The notes under the pieces were generated by a model. The model saw only the letters and a list, made by a program, of their open reading frames with translations. It did no database searches and was not told the DNA's origin. A stretch of DNA of 64,000 nucleotides from a virus. Taxonomy: Duplodnaviria > Caudoviricetes. A program made the translations under genes and the position numbers. Location of the stretch: IMG/VR virus record IMGVR_UViG_3300021256_000011, positions 1 to 64,000 of that record; one strand, given 5' to 3'. Numbering within the stretch: position 1 is the stretch's first letter; each line of letters opens with the position of its first letter. Below are positions 9,868 to 19,459 of the stretch, piece by piece.

Positions 9868-10164
9868 TTAAATCGGGTCGTTGCTGCTCGGAGCAGATTG
9901 GTCAAGCTTCCAGGACCAGCAGTTAATGTCGGTGTAGTATTTGCCGTTGTACTCTCTGGTCTTGAAGTCGACCTGGAATGTACCAGTCTGGCCTACGCCA
10001 ATACTTGCAAAGTTTTCCGCGTCTTTCGAGTTCTGAAGCGCGATGCTCTTAGGATACTGCCCGGATTCATACTCCAGGATGATCGTTGCGCGGGCCCAGG
10101 GGCCTCTGTTGCCCACTCCCCTTTCAATCGGCAGAACTGCCGTTACTCTTCCTTTGAATTCCAT
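9868..10164 (-). CDS. DUF3127-like OB-fold (ssDNA-binding) protein
   Basis: MEFKGRVTAVLP...QYPKSIA...REYNGKYYTDINCW, typical Bacteroidota DUF3127 pattern. Confidence 0.75.
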   Translation of the reverse strand: MEFKGRVTAVLPIERGVGNRGPWARATIILEYESGQYPKSIALQNSKDAENFASIGVGQTGTFQVDFKTREYNGKYYTDINCWSWKLDQSAPSSNDPI

Positions 10165-10166
10165 TT

Positions 10167-10805
10167 CTATTCGTTTTTGTTCTCTTCTTCAATTTTCGTG
10201 CCAATCTTATTCGGCATGTCAAGCATGTCTTTGTTTTCATAGTGGACCCCGCTCTCTTCGCCAAATGTCCGATAGCGGCAGTATTGGCACAAGTCTTCAC
10301 ATTCATGCTCGCAGAATACGCGGTAACGACAGTCGGAACATCGTTCTGCCAAAAATCTTTGAGGAGCCACTTCTACCTCTTCCCCGCTGTCGAGGATACC
10401 GACCTTGTCAAGCAACTTAAGCACGAAGTCGGGGTCATCCGCCTGATCGATATTATCAGCAAGCGTGATGGCAAACTCCGTCGCCTTCGCTTTTGCCTTT
10501 GCCTTCCTTTCCTCCAGCGACCCGACCGGCGTTTCCTTCTTCGCCACGGGATGCAGCACGGCATCAAGAGTCGCCTGGTATGCTTCGATGTACTCCTTGA
10601 CTTCCTTTCGTGCGTAGAACTGCTTGACATAGTCTTCTACAGCCGCCTTAGCCTTGGATGCCATCATGTCAGGACGAACAAAAATAAGCAGCGCGTCCTT
10701 CCGGGGACAGCCGGACAGAAGGTACCAGCTCAAAGCGTTCTGCTCCTCCTGACTAAGAGAAGAGCGGAAGTTGTCCGGACGAATTGGTATGATACTCTTG
10801 GGCAT
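10167..10805 (-). CDS. candidate terminase small subunit
   Basis: 212 aa helical protein with Cys-rich C-terminus and its own promoter, upstream of terL. Assignment is by position only. Confidence 0.35.
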   Translation of the reverse strand: MPKSIIPIRPDNFRSSLSQEEQNALSWYLLSGCPRKDALLIFVRPDMMASKAKAAVEDYVKQFYARKEVKEYIEAYQATLDAVLHPVAKKETPVGSLEERKAKAKAKATEFAITLADNIDQADDPDFVLKLLDKVGILDSGEEVEVAPQRFLAERCSDCRYRVFCEHECEDLCQYCRYRTFGEESGVHYENKDMLDMPNKIGTKIEEENKNE

Positions 10806-10817
10806 AGCGCAAAGATA

Positions 10818-11033
10818 CTACTTTTTCTCGGGATTGCAAGCGCGAAGGTAGTCTACAATTTCCGCGAGCGTATCAAAGGTGATATCGCCATCAATGTATA
10901 TAGCGTCAACGCGTTCATCGTAACCCCAGTCGTTTTCTTTCTCGAAGTCAAGCGGCCATGATATGTAAATATGGTGCGGCGCAAGGATTTCCTCGATGTG
11001 CCGGCGCTGTTCTTCTGTGGCGGCTCTAAGCAT
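10818..11033 (-). CDS. hypothetical protein
   Basis: 71 aa ORF, closely packed in the operon. Confidence 0.55.
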   Translation of the reverse strand: MLRAATEEQRRHIEEILAPHHIYISWPLDFEKENDWGYDERVDAIYIDGDITFDTLAEIVDYLRACNPEKK

Positions 11034-11418
11034 TCAGGTATTCGTTAATAATAGTTTTAAATTGATCCAGACTGCGGCACAAACAATACTTGTAGCCTTG
11101 CTGTTCGAGCCGCGACTGAAAAGCCTTCTGCTCGGCGCTCTGAACTCCCGTTTCGGTCTTATACTCGATAGCGAGACCAAAGTAGCCGCGGCGTGCAATG
11201 AAGAGAAAAGTATCTGGTGCACCTGCGACTAATCCTAATGCCTTTCGCATCGCTCCATCAAGTTTGCTACTTCTGTTCCCCTCGTTCGGAATATGAATGT
11301 ATAAACCACGAGTTTCCGGGTAATTATTCCATAGAAACTCAACACAGCTCGCCTGTATTCTCGCCTCGGGCTGGGTATGCTTACGTTTCTTCGGTTGTGG
11401 ATTTATCTCTATTATCAT
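11026..11418 (-). CDS. VRR-NUC endonuclease
   Basis: EARIQ...HIPNEG...GLVAGAPD...LAIEYKT..G.QS.EQK PD-(D/E)xK signature. Confidence 0.85.
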   Translation of the reverse strand: MIIEINPQPKKRKHTQPEARIQASCVEFLWNNYPETRGLYIHIPNEGNRSSKLDGAMRKALGLVAGAPDTFLFIARRGYFGLAIEYKTETGVQSAEQKAFQSRLEQQGYKYCLCRSLDQFKTIINEYLNA

Positions 11419-12130
11419 GTTGAAATATTAAATCAAAAACAGCATCCTTGTCTTCTGGGTATTTCCACACAAAACCTCTAGCGGTTTTTCTGCCACCAAC
11501 ACAACATCTCCGTATAAGATTATGGTTCACCCCGACAACTCTTTCTGCTTCTCGCGCAGAATACCATATCTGCACCAACTCCATATCCTTTGTGTACTGC
11601 AAGACAGGAATACATCGAAGTCTAATAGCGTCTTCTGTTTTGTTCCACTCTGTCAATCTGTCCTTTTGTTCCTGAGACAAATGCTTTCCATACCAGTGGT
11701 TCTTTTCTCCCCTTTGTGAATCTCCAATTTTTTTACGAACTTCAGCCGATGGAGACTTCCCAAACATAGGATTTTTCTCGCCGAGTTTAGAACGCCGTAT
11801 AGCCTCGATAGTTAATGGGTTGTTTTGGTTTTCCTTCGCCGTACACCACCGTAAATTGCTCGCCCTATTATCAGTCCTAATGCCGTTTATATGGTCTATA
11901 AACGGCTTGCCGTCTGGATTCGGACAAAAGGCTTCTGCGACGAGTTGGTGAACGAGTCTCTTCTTGAATATGCCGTTATAATATAAGTGCACACTAACAT
12001 ATCCCTGCTTCGTAATCCATCCATTAAGAATTCGATTCCCCTTTCGAGGATTCCTGACATGTCCATAGTCGCTAACCTCGTACAATCCATCCCAGTCTTT
12101 TACCGGCTTCCATTCTTCAATTTGTTCCAT
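11381..12130 (-). CDS. NUMOD4-HNH-NUMOD3-NUMOD1 homing endonuclease
   Basis: EEWKPVKDWDGLYEVSDYG (NUMOD4), IDHINGIRTDNRASNL (HNH), NPMFGK (NUMOD3), WYSAREAER (NUMOD1). Start set at MEQIEE. Confidence 0.85.
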   Translation of the reverse strand: MEQIEEWKPVKDWDGLYEVSDYGHVRNPRKGNRILNGWITKQGYVSVHLYYNGIFKKRLVHQLVAEAFCPNPDGKPFIDHINGIRTDNRASNLRWCTAKENQNNPLTIEAIRRSKLGEKNPMFGKSPSAEVRKKIGDSQRGEKNHWYGKHLSQEQKDRLTEWNKTEDAIRLRCIPVLQYTKDMELVQIWYSAREAERVVGVNHNLIRRCCVGGRKTARGFVWKYPEDKDAVFDLIFQHDNRDKSTTEET

Positions 12131-12257
12131 TGTAAAAATCGAAGTCCCGAGGTTCAAATAGTGATGCGAGCACTATCCTACTAATCGGGACTCTTAAATT
12201 TCTATCCACCTTCTCGCATAAGGCGTTTAACAATGCAAATATACGAAAAGTTTTTGT

Positions 12258-12473
12258 TTATTCAAAAATCTTCTTGTAATGCTCGCACAGCGCCTCGCGG
12301 GTGGGGAAGAAATCGAAGCCAAGTTGATATACTCCTATATGTTTACCGAAATGTCCGGCCACGATTGCAACGCCTTCGGCCTCAATAACCTCTTCACTTA
12401 CTATTTTATGTCGAGCATCATCAAACACCCACACCTTGTCTCCTGGTTTCATATTACCTCTTTCTATTCCCAA
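12258..12473 (-). CDS. hypothetical protein
   Basis: Small operonic ORF. Confidence 0.5.
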   Translation of the reverse strand: MGIERGNMKPGDKVWVFDDARHKIVSEEVIEAEGVAIVAGHFGKHIGVYQLGFDFFPTREALCEHYKKIFE

Positions 12474-12718
12474 TTAATAAAATAATCGCCCTCGCGAGGT
12501 GAACGCCCCCGTTCGTCGCAGTAATTATCAAAGAGATCCTCATCTGATGCAGTTAACTCATACGGATCCGGCATATCATAAGCGAGATATGTTCCGTCCT
12601 TTGAGAACCAGATAAGTCTATCTTGGTCTAAGTCTTTAAGTTCTTCTATGAATTCTCTGACTGTCATATCACTTCTCCTCCCATCCAAGCACTTCCAGAG
12701 TAATCGGCACAGGAGCAT
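12464..12718 (-). CDS. hypothetical protein
   Basis: Small operonic ORF; likely start MTVREFIEELK. Confidence 0.5.
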   Translation of the reverse strand: MLLCRLLWKCLDGRRSDMTVREFIEELKDLDQDRLIWFSKDGTYLAYDMPDPYELTASDEDLFDNYCDERGRSPREGDYFINWE

Positions 12719-12851
12719 ACCCGAGCGGAGTATGCAGCTTCCAGGACTCGCCGTCCCACATTCCGATGCCGGCGGCCATCTTCTTGGTTAATTTATGCAA
12801 AACATGGACCTTTACATCCTTGTTCGGTTCGGGCTTTTTGTCAATAATCAT
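12669..12851 (-). CDS. hypothetical protein
   Basis: 60 aa operonic ORF. Confidence 0.5.
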   Translation of the reverse strand: MIIDKKPEPNKDVKVHVLHKLTKKMAAGIGMWDGESWKLHTPLGYAPVPITLEVLGWEEK

Positions 12852-12888
12852 ATCTCAAAATTTTTCACTGCTACTGCAAATCCCGTGC

Positions 12889-14397
12889 CTAAAACAGTTT
12901 CGGCGAGGAGTCGTCTTTTTTCTTGACCTTTGCCTTACTCAATATATTGTTTTTAAATGCCCACCAGTACTTAGGGCTGATATTCGCACCGTGTTTCGTC
13001 CTCAAAACCTCGATTGCTCTCATAAACGCTTCCTTTTGGTGTTCTGGGTTCTTAATACAAACCTGGACAAGAATCCAGTTGCTGCTTTTACCTTCCAACT
13101 TCTTCCTGGCAACATACCCCTCGATAGACTCTTCCTCCTCCCTTGCGGCCACCTCCTGCAACTCTGCGACATAAGTCTCCTGCTGTGTCGGCCAGTGATA
13201 GCCGCAGAATTTACAGTCAGTCCATGACACCGGCACCAACTTATGGCACTGTGGACATTCCTTTGTAGGCGGGACCCCGCCGCCGGAGCCTGTGTTGTGC
13301 CAGACGGACCACACACGATCATCCTCGTACCGGCCTAGCCGCTCATAGTTACGGCCAAAGTCCAAACACAGAAACTCATTATCCTTCCCTGGCGCAATCC
13401 GGCTCGCTCGGCCCAGGCACTGCATGTATTTCACCAGCGAGGTCGTAGAGAACATCAGCATCACGACCTTGATGTCCGGGATGTCGATTCCTGTCGTAAA
13501 TAGACCGTAGTTGACTAGGACCGGGAATTCGCCACGGGCAAAAGCGTCCACGACATCCTTGCGCTCACCGCCATATTCCTCGTCTTCGTCGAAGTCGCCG
13601 GAAAGGCAGTATTTAGCCTCTATGCCGCGTTCGCAGAATTCGCGTGTAAGATTTATCGTCTGCTCAGACGAACAGCAAAATACGAGGCATTTCTGGCCCT
13701 TGCAGAGCCTTTCGTAGTTGTCAACCGCTCCAACATATCTCGCTCGAGACTTGAACTTAGCCGACATCTGACCAAGATTGTAGTCTCCGCGACCGGAACT
13801 CCACTCAACATCGTCCATAGAGGGGGCATCCAGCGAAAATAAACGGCATCGGCAGAGATATCCGAGGTCAATCAGCTCCTTCACTTGCGGACCTACCACA
13901 ACGGCTCCATAATCCATTCCGAGCTGGCGCATCTGGCCGTAGCGGGCAGGGGAAGCGGAAAGACCAACGACAAAAGTACGGTCAATACCCTGCTGCTCGA
14001 AGATAAAGTCAAATTCAGCGCGATGGCACTCGTCCAGGATAATCAACTTGAATGTATCGAACCAGTTCGTCCATTCGTCCCTTTTAAGCCGCTGGCGAAG
14101 CGTCTGAGCCATCATACAGCAGCACTCTGCATCGGGACGCTTTCTGGTCCTAGCGAAGACTTCTGCTGCATTTACGCCCCATTTACGAGCATGGCCTGCG
14201 TCCTGGGTGAGAATCTCCTCGCTGTGCGCAAGAATCAGGACGCGGTTACCCTTCCTCGTAGCCATTGATGCCATCGAACCGATAAGAACCCCTTTGCCGC
14301 TTCCAGTGGGAGACTGAACAATAATGTGCTTGTGCTTAGCAAGTGCCTGGCGGGACTCGGAGATGAGAGTCTGCTGGTATTCGCGTAACTGGATCAT
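12889..14397 (-). CDS. superfamily 2 (DEAD/DEAH-box) helicase with C-terminal Zn finger
   Basis: LREYQ Q-motif, SPTGSGK, IILDECH, GLSASP, TTGIDIP, QCLGRASR, CPQC..CKFC. Confidence 0.9.
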   Translation of the reverse strand: MIQLREYQQTLISESRQALAKHKHIIVQSPTGSGKGVLIGSMASMATRKGNRVLILAHSEEILTQDAGHARKWGVNAAEVFARTRKRPDAECCCMMAQTLRQRLKRDEWTNWFDTFKLIILDECHRAEFDFIFEQQGIDRTFVVGLSASPARYGQMRQLGMDYGAVVVGPQVKELIDLGYLCRCRLFSLDAPSMDDVEWSSGRGDYNLGQMSAKFKSRARYVGAVDNYERLCKGQKCLVFCCSSEQTINLTREFCERGIEAKYCLSGDFDEDEEYGGERKDVVDAFARGEFPVLVNYGLFTTGIDIPDIKVVMLMFSTTSLVKYMQCLGRASRIAPGKDNEFLCLDFGRNYERLGRYEDDRVWSVWHNTGSGGGVPPTKECPQCHKLVPVSWTDCKFCGYHWPTQQETYVAELQEVAAREEEESIEGYVARKKLEGKSSNWILVQVCIKNPEHQKEAFMRAIEVLRTKHGANISPKYWWAFKNNILSKAKVKKKDDSSPKLF

Positions 14398-15099
14398 CTA
14401 AAACAAAGACAGTTGGTATGATGTGTTCCCTATATTAAAAACAACAGGTATCGGCTCTAGATCAAAATACTTTTCACAAATGTCAACAATGTGCTCACAC
14501 AGTTGGGGTGGGTATGCCGAACGAAGGCTTTTGTCCGAGATGCCCTGAAGACCAGTTTTCGACCCTCTTGGCGCAGGCTGATGACACGGGTCGCCGTTCT
14601 TGCATGGCGGCAAGAATTCTGGACACGGGTGATTGGTAAAAATATCTGTCGCTTTCCTGTATGGGAATCCGTACTTGCAGTATGTTATAAGATACCGAGG
14701 AATTCCATGCATATAATCCATCTTTCTAAGACCGCCCATTGGATTCTCAATAAAGAAAAACCTGGGGCTCAAATCTCGAATTAGTTCAAGGGTATGCCGG
14801 TTCACTAGGTCTGCCTTTGCTGCTTTTTCGGTCTTTGGATCAAGAGAACCTGTTACAGGATTCTTCTTTCTGTGATGACCGATTGCAGCGACGCTAAATG
14901 TCGTGCAATCGTTACCACTCCAAATGATATCTGGCCTCCCAAACTCACGCAACACCATCTCTGGTGTAAGTTCCATAATATCTATATGCAGCGATGAGGG
15001 GAATTTCTTCTCCCAATCTACCGTATAGCACTCGTGCCCTCTGGACCGGAAGGCGTTGCTTATGCATTCAGTACCACTGAATAATTCTAAGATTTTCAT
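14398..15099 (-). CDS. C5 cytosine DNA methyltransferase-like protein
   Basis: MKILELFSG motif I, motif IV region IWSGNDCTTFS, IENPMG motif VI, YCKYGFPYRKATD. Start reset to 15099. Confidence 0.75.
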   Translation of the reverse strand: MKILELFSGTECISNAFRSRGHECYTVDWEKKFPSSLHIDIMELTPEMVLREFGRPDIIWSGNDCTTFSVAAIGHHRKKNPVTGSLDPKTEKAAKADLVNRHTLELIRDLSPRFFFIENPMGGLRKMDYMHGIPRYLITYCKYGFPYRKATDIFTNHPCPEFLPPCKNGDPCHQPAPRGSKTGLQGISDKSLRSAYPPQLCEHIVDICEKYFDLEPIPVVFNIGNTSYQLSLF

Positions 15100-15114
15100 T
15101 CTATAAAATACTTG

Positions 15115-15180
15115 CGGATGGGGGCGGGCTCGAACCGCCGACTGTGGCTTTTGCCTCTCTACCAACTGAGTTACCCATCC
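15115..15180 (-). tRNA. tRNA-like RNA 1 with a shrunken anticodon arm (GGC-AAAA-GCC); non-decoding
   Basis: Acceptor GGATGGG/CCCATCC, D arm ACTC-AGTTGGTA-GAGA, T arm GGCGG-TTCGAGC-CCGCC; followed by G-CAA, no CCA. Confidence 0.75.
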
Positions 15181-15331
15181 AAAAATCGGTGCGTGACATC
15201 CTCACTTTGGCTCTACGATGTCAGCTTCACGGATAATCCCAAATTTTCTTCTCCGCTACTCTTATTCACTGCCTTTCCGCACCGATGCGCCGCCGTTAGT
15301 GCACTCCTTGGGAATTACCCCGTGCCCGATA

Positions 15332-15604
15332 TTAAATTTTAATAAGTTTTACCAAATGCCAATAATCGCTTACTTGCCCGAGCCGTCCAATCCAGATGGA
15401 CCTTATTGCCTGAAACGAGCATCCGTATTCGCGCTGGCAGATATCCTCGAGCTCATTATCGAAGACGCCTCCAGCATTGTTCCAGGTAGTTTGGAACTCC
15501 GTCTGGCACATTACGCCGTCTGCGGTCTCGATTTCTCCGCGTCCAATGCCATTCTCCGGCACCAGTAGTTTCTCTGCAAATTTAGCTTTTATTTTCATAA
15601 ACAA
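15332..15604 (-). CDS. hypothetical protein
   Basis: Operonic ORF. Confidence 0.55.
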   Translation of the reverse strand: MFMKIKAKFAEKLLVPENGIGRGEIETADGVMCQTEFQTTWNNAGGVFDNELEDICQREYGCSFQAIRSIWIGRLGQVSDYWHLVKLIKI

Positions 15605-15920
15605 CCAATATACATTTTGTCCTGCTCAAGATATCTTTACCATGTCCTTCTAGCATGGCGTAACTCAGCCACCGTTTAAAGGCCGCGTCCCAGGTTATCC
15701 CGTAGCGCATCTTACAAAGGAAGTCGCATGTCCTATCGCAAGCAATAAGGAAGACGCTCTCGATGGTCACTTCCGGTCCATTAAAGAACCGCATCGTGTC
15801 TCCGGACTTAGCGTCCAAAAAAGACCGCGTCTTCTCGTAGAACCTACCGTATGGCAGCAGAATGTAGTTTAGCCACATCTTCCCCGGTTCCTCATGAGCC
15901 GGCTTGAACACCCTTCCCAT
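15582..15920 (-). CDS. hypothetical protein
   Basis: Operonic ORF. Confidence 0.6.
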   Translation of the reverse strand: MGRVFKPAHEEPGKMWLNYILLPYGRFYEKTRSFLDAKSGDTMRFFNGPEVTIESVFLIACDRTCDFLCKMRYGITWDAAFKRWLSYAMLEGHGKDILSRTKCILVVYENKS

Positions 15921-15921
15921 A

Positions 15922-16482
15922 TCAAATCTTCCTTGTCAAGTCATACAACGCCAAGCAGTACGAGTCCATCGTTCCCTGAGACACCTTCCGGTCTTCTTCA
16001 GGCAAAAGCCGATACGCATACGCAAAATCGTGCATATAAGAGATGTAGTCCCCCCGTGTGAAATTCTTCACTGGAGCACCCGGGTCCCAATGCACCTTTG
16101 GGGTCCCCTTGAAGACCTCGAGGCCGGTATGGTTCGGATACTTCAACCACTCCTCTACACCGAGCAGATAAAACCGCATGCAGTACGGCAGGAAGCACCA
16201 GACGGAGTCAATCTTCCGGATCTTGAAAATGTAATTCTCCGCCAGCGATTTCATCCCGGCCTTCCGGGCCCACCAGTACAAAGAAAAACGATACATCTGC
16301 CAATCAAGCTCCTCGGGCTTACCGAGAACACCAAATTGCCAGTCCTCGCTCCTGGAGTCCAAGAAATCCCTTGCGCCAATATCGTCACCAAATTCACAGG
16401 CGTCCAGGACCCCCCGCTTGAAGCAAGTGTCATAGAAGCGCAGAATGTGCGGCGCAATAGCCCTATTAAGAGTAAATCTCAA
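15922..16482 (-). CDS. hypothetical protein
   Basis: 186 aa operonic ORF. Confidence 0.6.
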   Translation of the reverse strand: MRFTLNRAIAPHILRFYDTCFKRGVLDACEFGDDIGARDFLDSRSEDWQFGVLGKPEELDWQMYRFSLYWWARKAGMKSLAENYIFKIRKIDSVWCFLPYCMRFYLLGVEEWLKYPNHTGLEVFKGTPKVHWDPGAPVKNFTRGDYISYMHDFAYAYRLLPEEDRKVSQGTMDSYCLALYDLTRKI

Positions 16483-16654
16483 AGCCTAATTCCCTTAAAT
16501 AGCCAAGAATGTAAAAATACATCCCGAGAGAGCACGCGGGCAACCTCTCTACCACGAGGCCGTTCTCCGTCTCCCGAACATTCGCCATAGCTACGCCGGC
16601 GTCATCTTTCACGATGCAGCCGTTCATATCAATAATATCGTTCGCTGTCTTCAT
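16466..16654 (-). CDS. hypothetical protein
   Basis: 62 aa, ATGA-coupled to the previous gene. Confidence 0.55.
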   Translation of the reverse strand: MKTANDIIDMNGCIVKDDAGVAMANVRETENGLVVERLPACSLGMYFYILGYLRELGFEIYS

Positions 16655-17382
16655 CTATTACACAGTTTTCCGTTCTCGTCTACAAACCACTCGCCCTTCT
16701 TGAACTCAGAAGGATTGATGTCGCTCGCGATAAAAGCGTTGAACAGTTTAATCCTTTCGGCTAACACTGAGATGCTAGCTTCGTAGTCCTTCCTCTCAAA
16801 TTCAAAAACCATGCCACGCCAGGGAGCGAGAGGAGAATCTGTGTCCTGAAGAATATCGTCGTTGCAGGGACAATACTTCAAAAGACGGATGAGTAGGACC
16901 TTCGGATTGGACAAAAACTGCCCGAGAATCTGGTCCCCATGCTCTTTCCAAACCCGTGCCTTCTTCTCTACAAAAGATGTAGCCGGGTCAAAGAAGAACT
17001 CAATGGTCGAGTTTCCGACAGTGGTCTTTATCTCCACAACAATCATCTCGTCTGCCGAGAACGCATCAGGGCTTGCGCCATAGTTTGGCACAAGCTCGTT
17101 GGTCCAGAAAGGAATCTCAGGTAATTCCTGGCTGTAAATAATCGGAGACTGAGGGTTGTTCGCCCTATACCACTCGATGGCATAAGGCTCGCAAATCTTC
17201 CCCTGTTCCATCTCATAGGAAGAAACTGGAAGGGCAAAACCATGGTTTCGCTCCCAGCGTTTTTTACGAATATAGGAAATGTTTCCGTCGATAATCTTCC
17301 CCGATGCGCTCATAATAGAGTCAAGCTCGGACGCTGTAATCAGCCCGAGCCTTTTTTCTTTCCATTTATCTTCTTTCGTCAT
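16651..17382 (-). CDS. YqaJ/lambda-exonuclease family recombination nuclease
   Basis: W...RLG.ITASE, MEQG..CE..A, GASPD, VEIKT. Confidence 0.85.
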   Translation of the reverse strand: MTKEDKWKEKRLGLITASELDSIMSASGKIIDGNISYIRKKRWERNHGFALPVSSYEMEQGKICEPYAIEWYRANNPQSPIIYSQELPEIPFWTNELVPNYGASPDAFSADEMIVVEIKTTVGNSTIEFFFDPATSFVEKKARVWKEHGDQILGQFLSNPKVLLIRLLKYCPCNDDILQDTDSPLAPWRGMVFEFERKDYEASISVLAERIKLFNAFIASDINPSEFKKGEWFVDENGKLCNR

Positions 17383-17385
17383 ACG

Positions 17386-17937
17386 CTACTGGGGTAAATC
17401 GTCCAACGCATCAATGATTGCCTGCTTTACAGCGTCAGAGGCGAAGTCGTACTTCTCAGCAATCTGCTCAATGCCGTACCTGTTCTTCTTCGCCCAGTCC
17501 ACGATGGTCTGGATCTGGTTCTCCTGGATGGCTTTCTTCTGGGCAGGCTGAGCAGCGACAGCTTCCGCAGCCGGCATCTTACTGATGCGAAGGCCCCATG
17601 TCTCACCTCCATCTTGGACGTCACGAGTGCGTTCCTTCGTGAGACGGACGGCGATATTCTCAAGGCGAGCAGGGTAGCCGTCGCACTCGGGGAACTGCTT
17701 CACCAGACGCTTCCGATTCGTCGCATTAAGCAACATCGGAAGAGATGTGTACGGATTCGGCGCGAAATGCGCAATCCATACGCCATTCTCTGTCCTACCG
17801 TTGACCATTTCGCTCTCCTTGTACTCAATACGAGCAATGATAATTCTCTCGATGTCTTTTCCCTCGGGGAGACACTCGACGCCGCAGTGGGTGAGCTTTC
17901 CACCTTTGCGGTAATGAATATTCCTCTGATCTTCCAT
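17386..17937 (-). CDS. putative recombination partner (ssDNA-annealing-like) protein
   Basis: Directly upstream of the YqaJ gene; LLNATNRKRL motif. Function inferred from synteny. Confidence 0.35.
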   Translation of the reverse strand: MEDQRNIHYRKGGKLTHCGVECLPEGKDIERIIIARIEYKESEMVNGRTENGVWIAHFAPNPYTSLPMLLNATNRKRLVKQFPECDGYPARLENIAVRLTKERTRDVQDGGETWGLRISKMPAAEAVAAQPAQKKAIQENQIQTIVDWAKKNRYGIEQIAEKYDFASDAVKQAIIDALDDLPQ

Positions 17938-17940
17938 AAC

Positions 17941-18549
17941 TTACTCGGTTGTCATGATCGGCATAATAATACCCACAGCGTTACTTGTTGCACTAACGGG
18001 GCGCACAAAAACAGCTAACCTCTCACTAGCAAACTCGAACTTGAGAAGGTCGGTGCCGAGGGCTGCCGTCAGTGAAGCAATAAATTTCGGATTGAATCCA
18101 ATTTTCTGGATAGGAGTGCGGTCTTTCGAGCCTTTCAGAATCTCTTCGGCGTTGGGGTACTTCAGGACATCGCCATTCTTGCCGAGCTGAACTTTGACAG
18201 TGTTCTCTCCGGTGCGAGCCTTGAGGTAAACGGCGCCATCTTCGGTCTTCTCGACGAGCACAATGTCGAATCCGACGATGTACTTGAGCATCGACTTGTG
18301 GATGAGGCAGCCATCCAGAAGCGCACGCTGGTCTTCTTCGAATGTAGTGCACTCCTCGAGGGGTACGCGGACCAGGATATGCGAGTCAGACGCATAGGCG
18401 TAACCATCCTTTAAGAGGATATACTCCATTACAGGGCGTACAGCGTCAGTCGCGCAAGCCTTCCAAAGTTGGAAGTCCTTTTTGAAATTAAGTGTTCCGT
18501 TTTTCATTGTATTATTTATTTTCCAAATTATCTTCAAATTCCATGCCAA
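17941..18549 (-). CDS. DNA polymerase III beta-clamp-like protein (partial clamp)
   Basis: RPVMEYILL...AYASDSHIL and KIGFNPKFI...FEFAS...GIIMPI resemble DnaN motifs. True start is probably slightly internal (MKNGTL). Confidence 0.6.
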   Translation of the reverse strand: MAWNLKIIWKINNTMKNGTLNFKKDFQLWKACATDAVRPVMEYILLKDGYAYASDSHILVRVPLEECTTFEEDQRALLDGCLIHKSMLKYIVGFDIVLVEKTEDGAVYLKARTGENTVKVQLGKNGDVLKYPNAEEILKGSKDRTPIQKIGFNPKFIASLTAALGTDLLKFEFASERLAVFVRPVSATSNAVGIIMPIMTTE

Positions 18550-19459
18550 TTATTTCATCTGGCAGAACCTTCCCGTTAACATCGAAAACTTTTTTCACCG
18601 CATCCCTGTATAAGACTCCATTATTTTCGTATCCCATTATCATTTGGTAATACTTTGGATAGAGTTCATACAACTGCTCAAACCTATTATCGTCAGCAAA
18701 CTGACAACCAAAACCGCATCCGACACATCCCGTCCTCTTGGCGCCCTTCCGGTATATGTCAGCAATCTCAAGGTTACGCATCTCGATGTACTTCCAGATG
18801 TCGTTCTCGGTCCAGATAGAAAGCGGCAGGCTCAGCGCGTTGTCGCCGAAAGTGTTACACCCGCCTCGTTTGACATAGGATGTCGTTCTCGCCATAGACT
18901 CCTCAGCCAGCGTTCCCACTATCGGTACGCGGAAAGCACGACGGCCATAGCACCCAAGAGGGGCCTCTTTCAGTATCGAGCAGCACTTGGACCCAACATC
19001 AAACTGTTCTCCGGCCAGGAAGCGCCATTTCTTCGGTACGGAATAGAGAGAGTCGCCAAGACCCGTCTTCGCAGTCGGACTGTCCGGTTTATGCTTGATG
19101 TACCACAGCTTGTTCGCGGTCTCTTTACTGATTAGCGGGAAGCCGCATGACGCCCAAACATCTCTCGGCGTCTTCTTTGGGTGTACCTCAATGATGTTAT
19201 AACCCGGTTTACCCTGCAGATACCTAACAAACTTGACAATATCCGGCCACTCGTTGCCAGTATTGACGAACACGGCTGGTATTTTCCTGTTCACTATGCG
19301 GACTAGGTCGAGAAGAACCGTACTATCTTTTCCGCCACTGAAACTCACAAAGCATCTGTTGGAGAAGTGCTTCAGGTACGCCTCTATAACATACAAAGAG
19401 TGGTCGATTTTCTGTTCAATCGGCCACTTCTGTCTCTCCTGGAGTTCCTTTACTGTCAT
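18512..19459 (-). CDS. PAPS-reductase family (PP-loop ATPase) protein
   Basis: SFSGGKDSTV PP-loop, CCSILK, RTGCVGCGF Cys cluster. Confidence 0.85.
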   Translation of the reverse strand: MTVKELQERQKWPIEQKIDHSLYVIEAYLKHFSNRCFVSFSGGKDSTVLLDLVRIVNRKIPAVFVNTGNEWPDIVKFVRYLQGKPGYNIIEVHPKKTPRDVWASCGFPLISKETANKLWYIKHKPDSPTAKTGLGDSLYSVPKKWRFLAGEQFDVGSKCCSILKEAPLGCYGRRAFRVPIVGTLAEESMARTTSYVKRGGCNTFGDNALSLPLSIWTENDIWKYIEMRNLEIADIYRKGAKRTGCVGCGFGCQFADDNRFEQLYELYPKYYQMIMGYENNGVLYRDAVKKVFDVNGKVLPDEIIGMEFEDNLENK

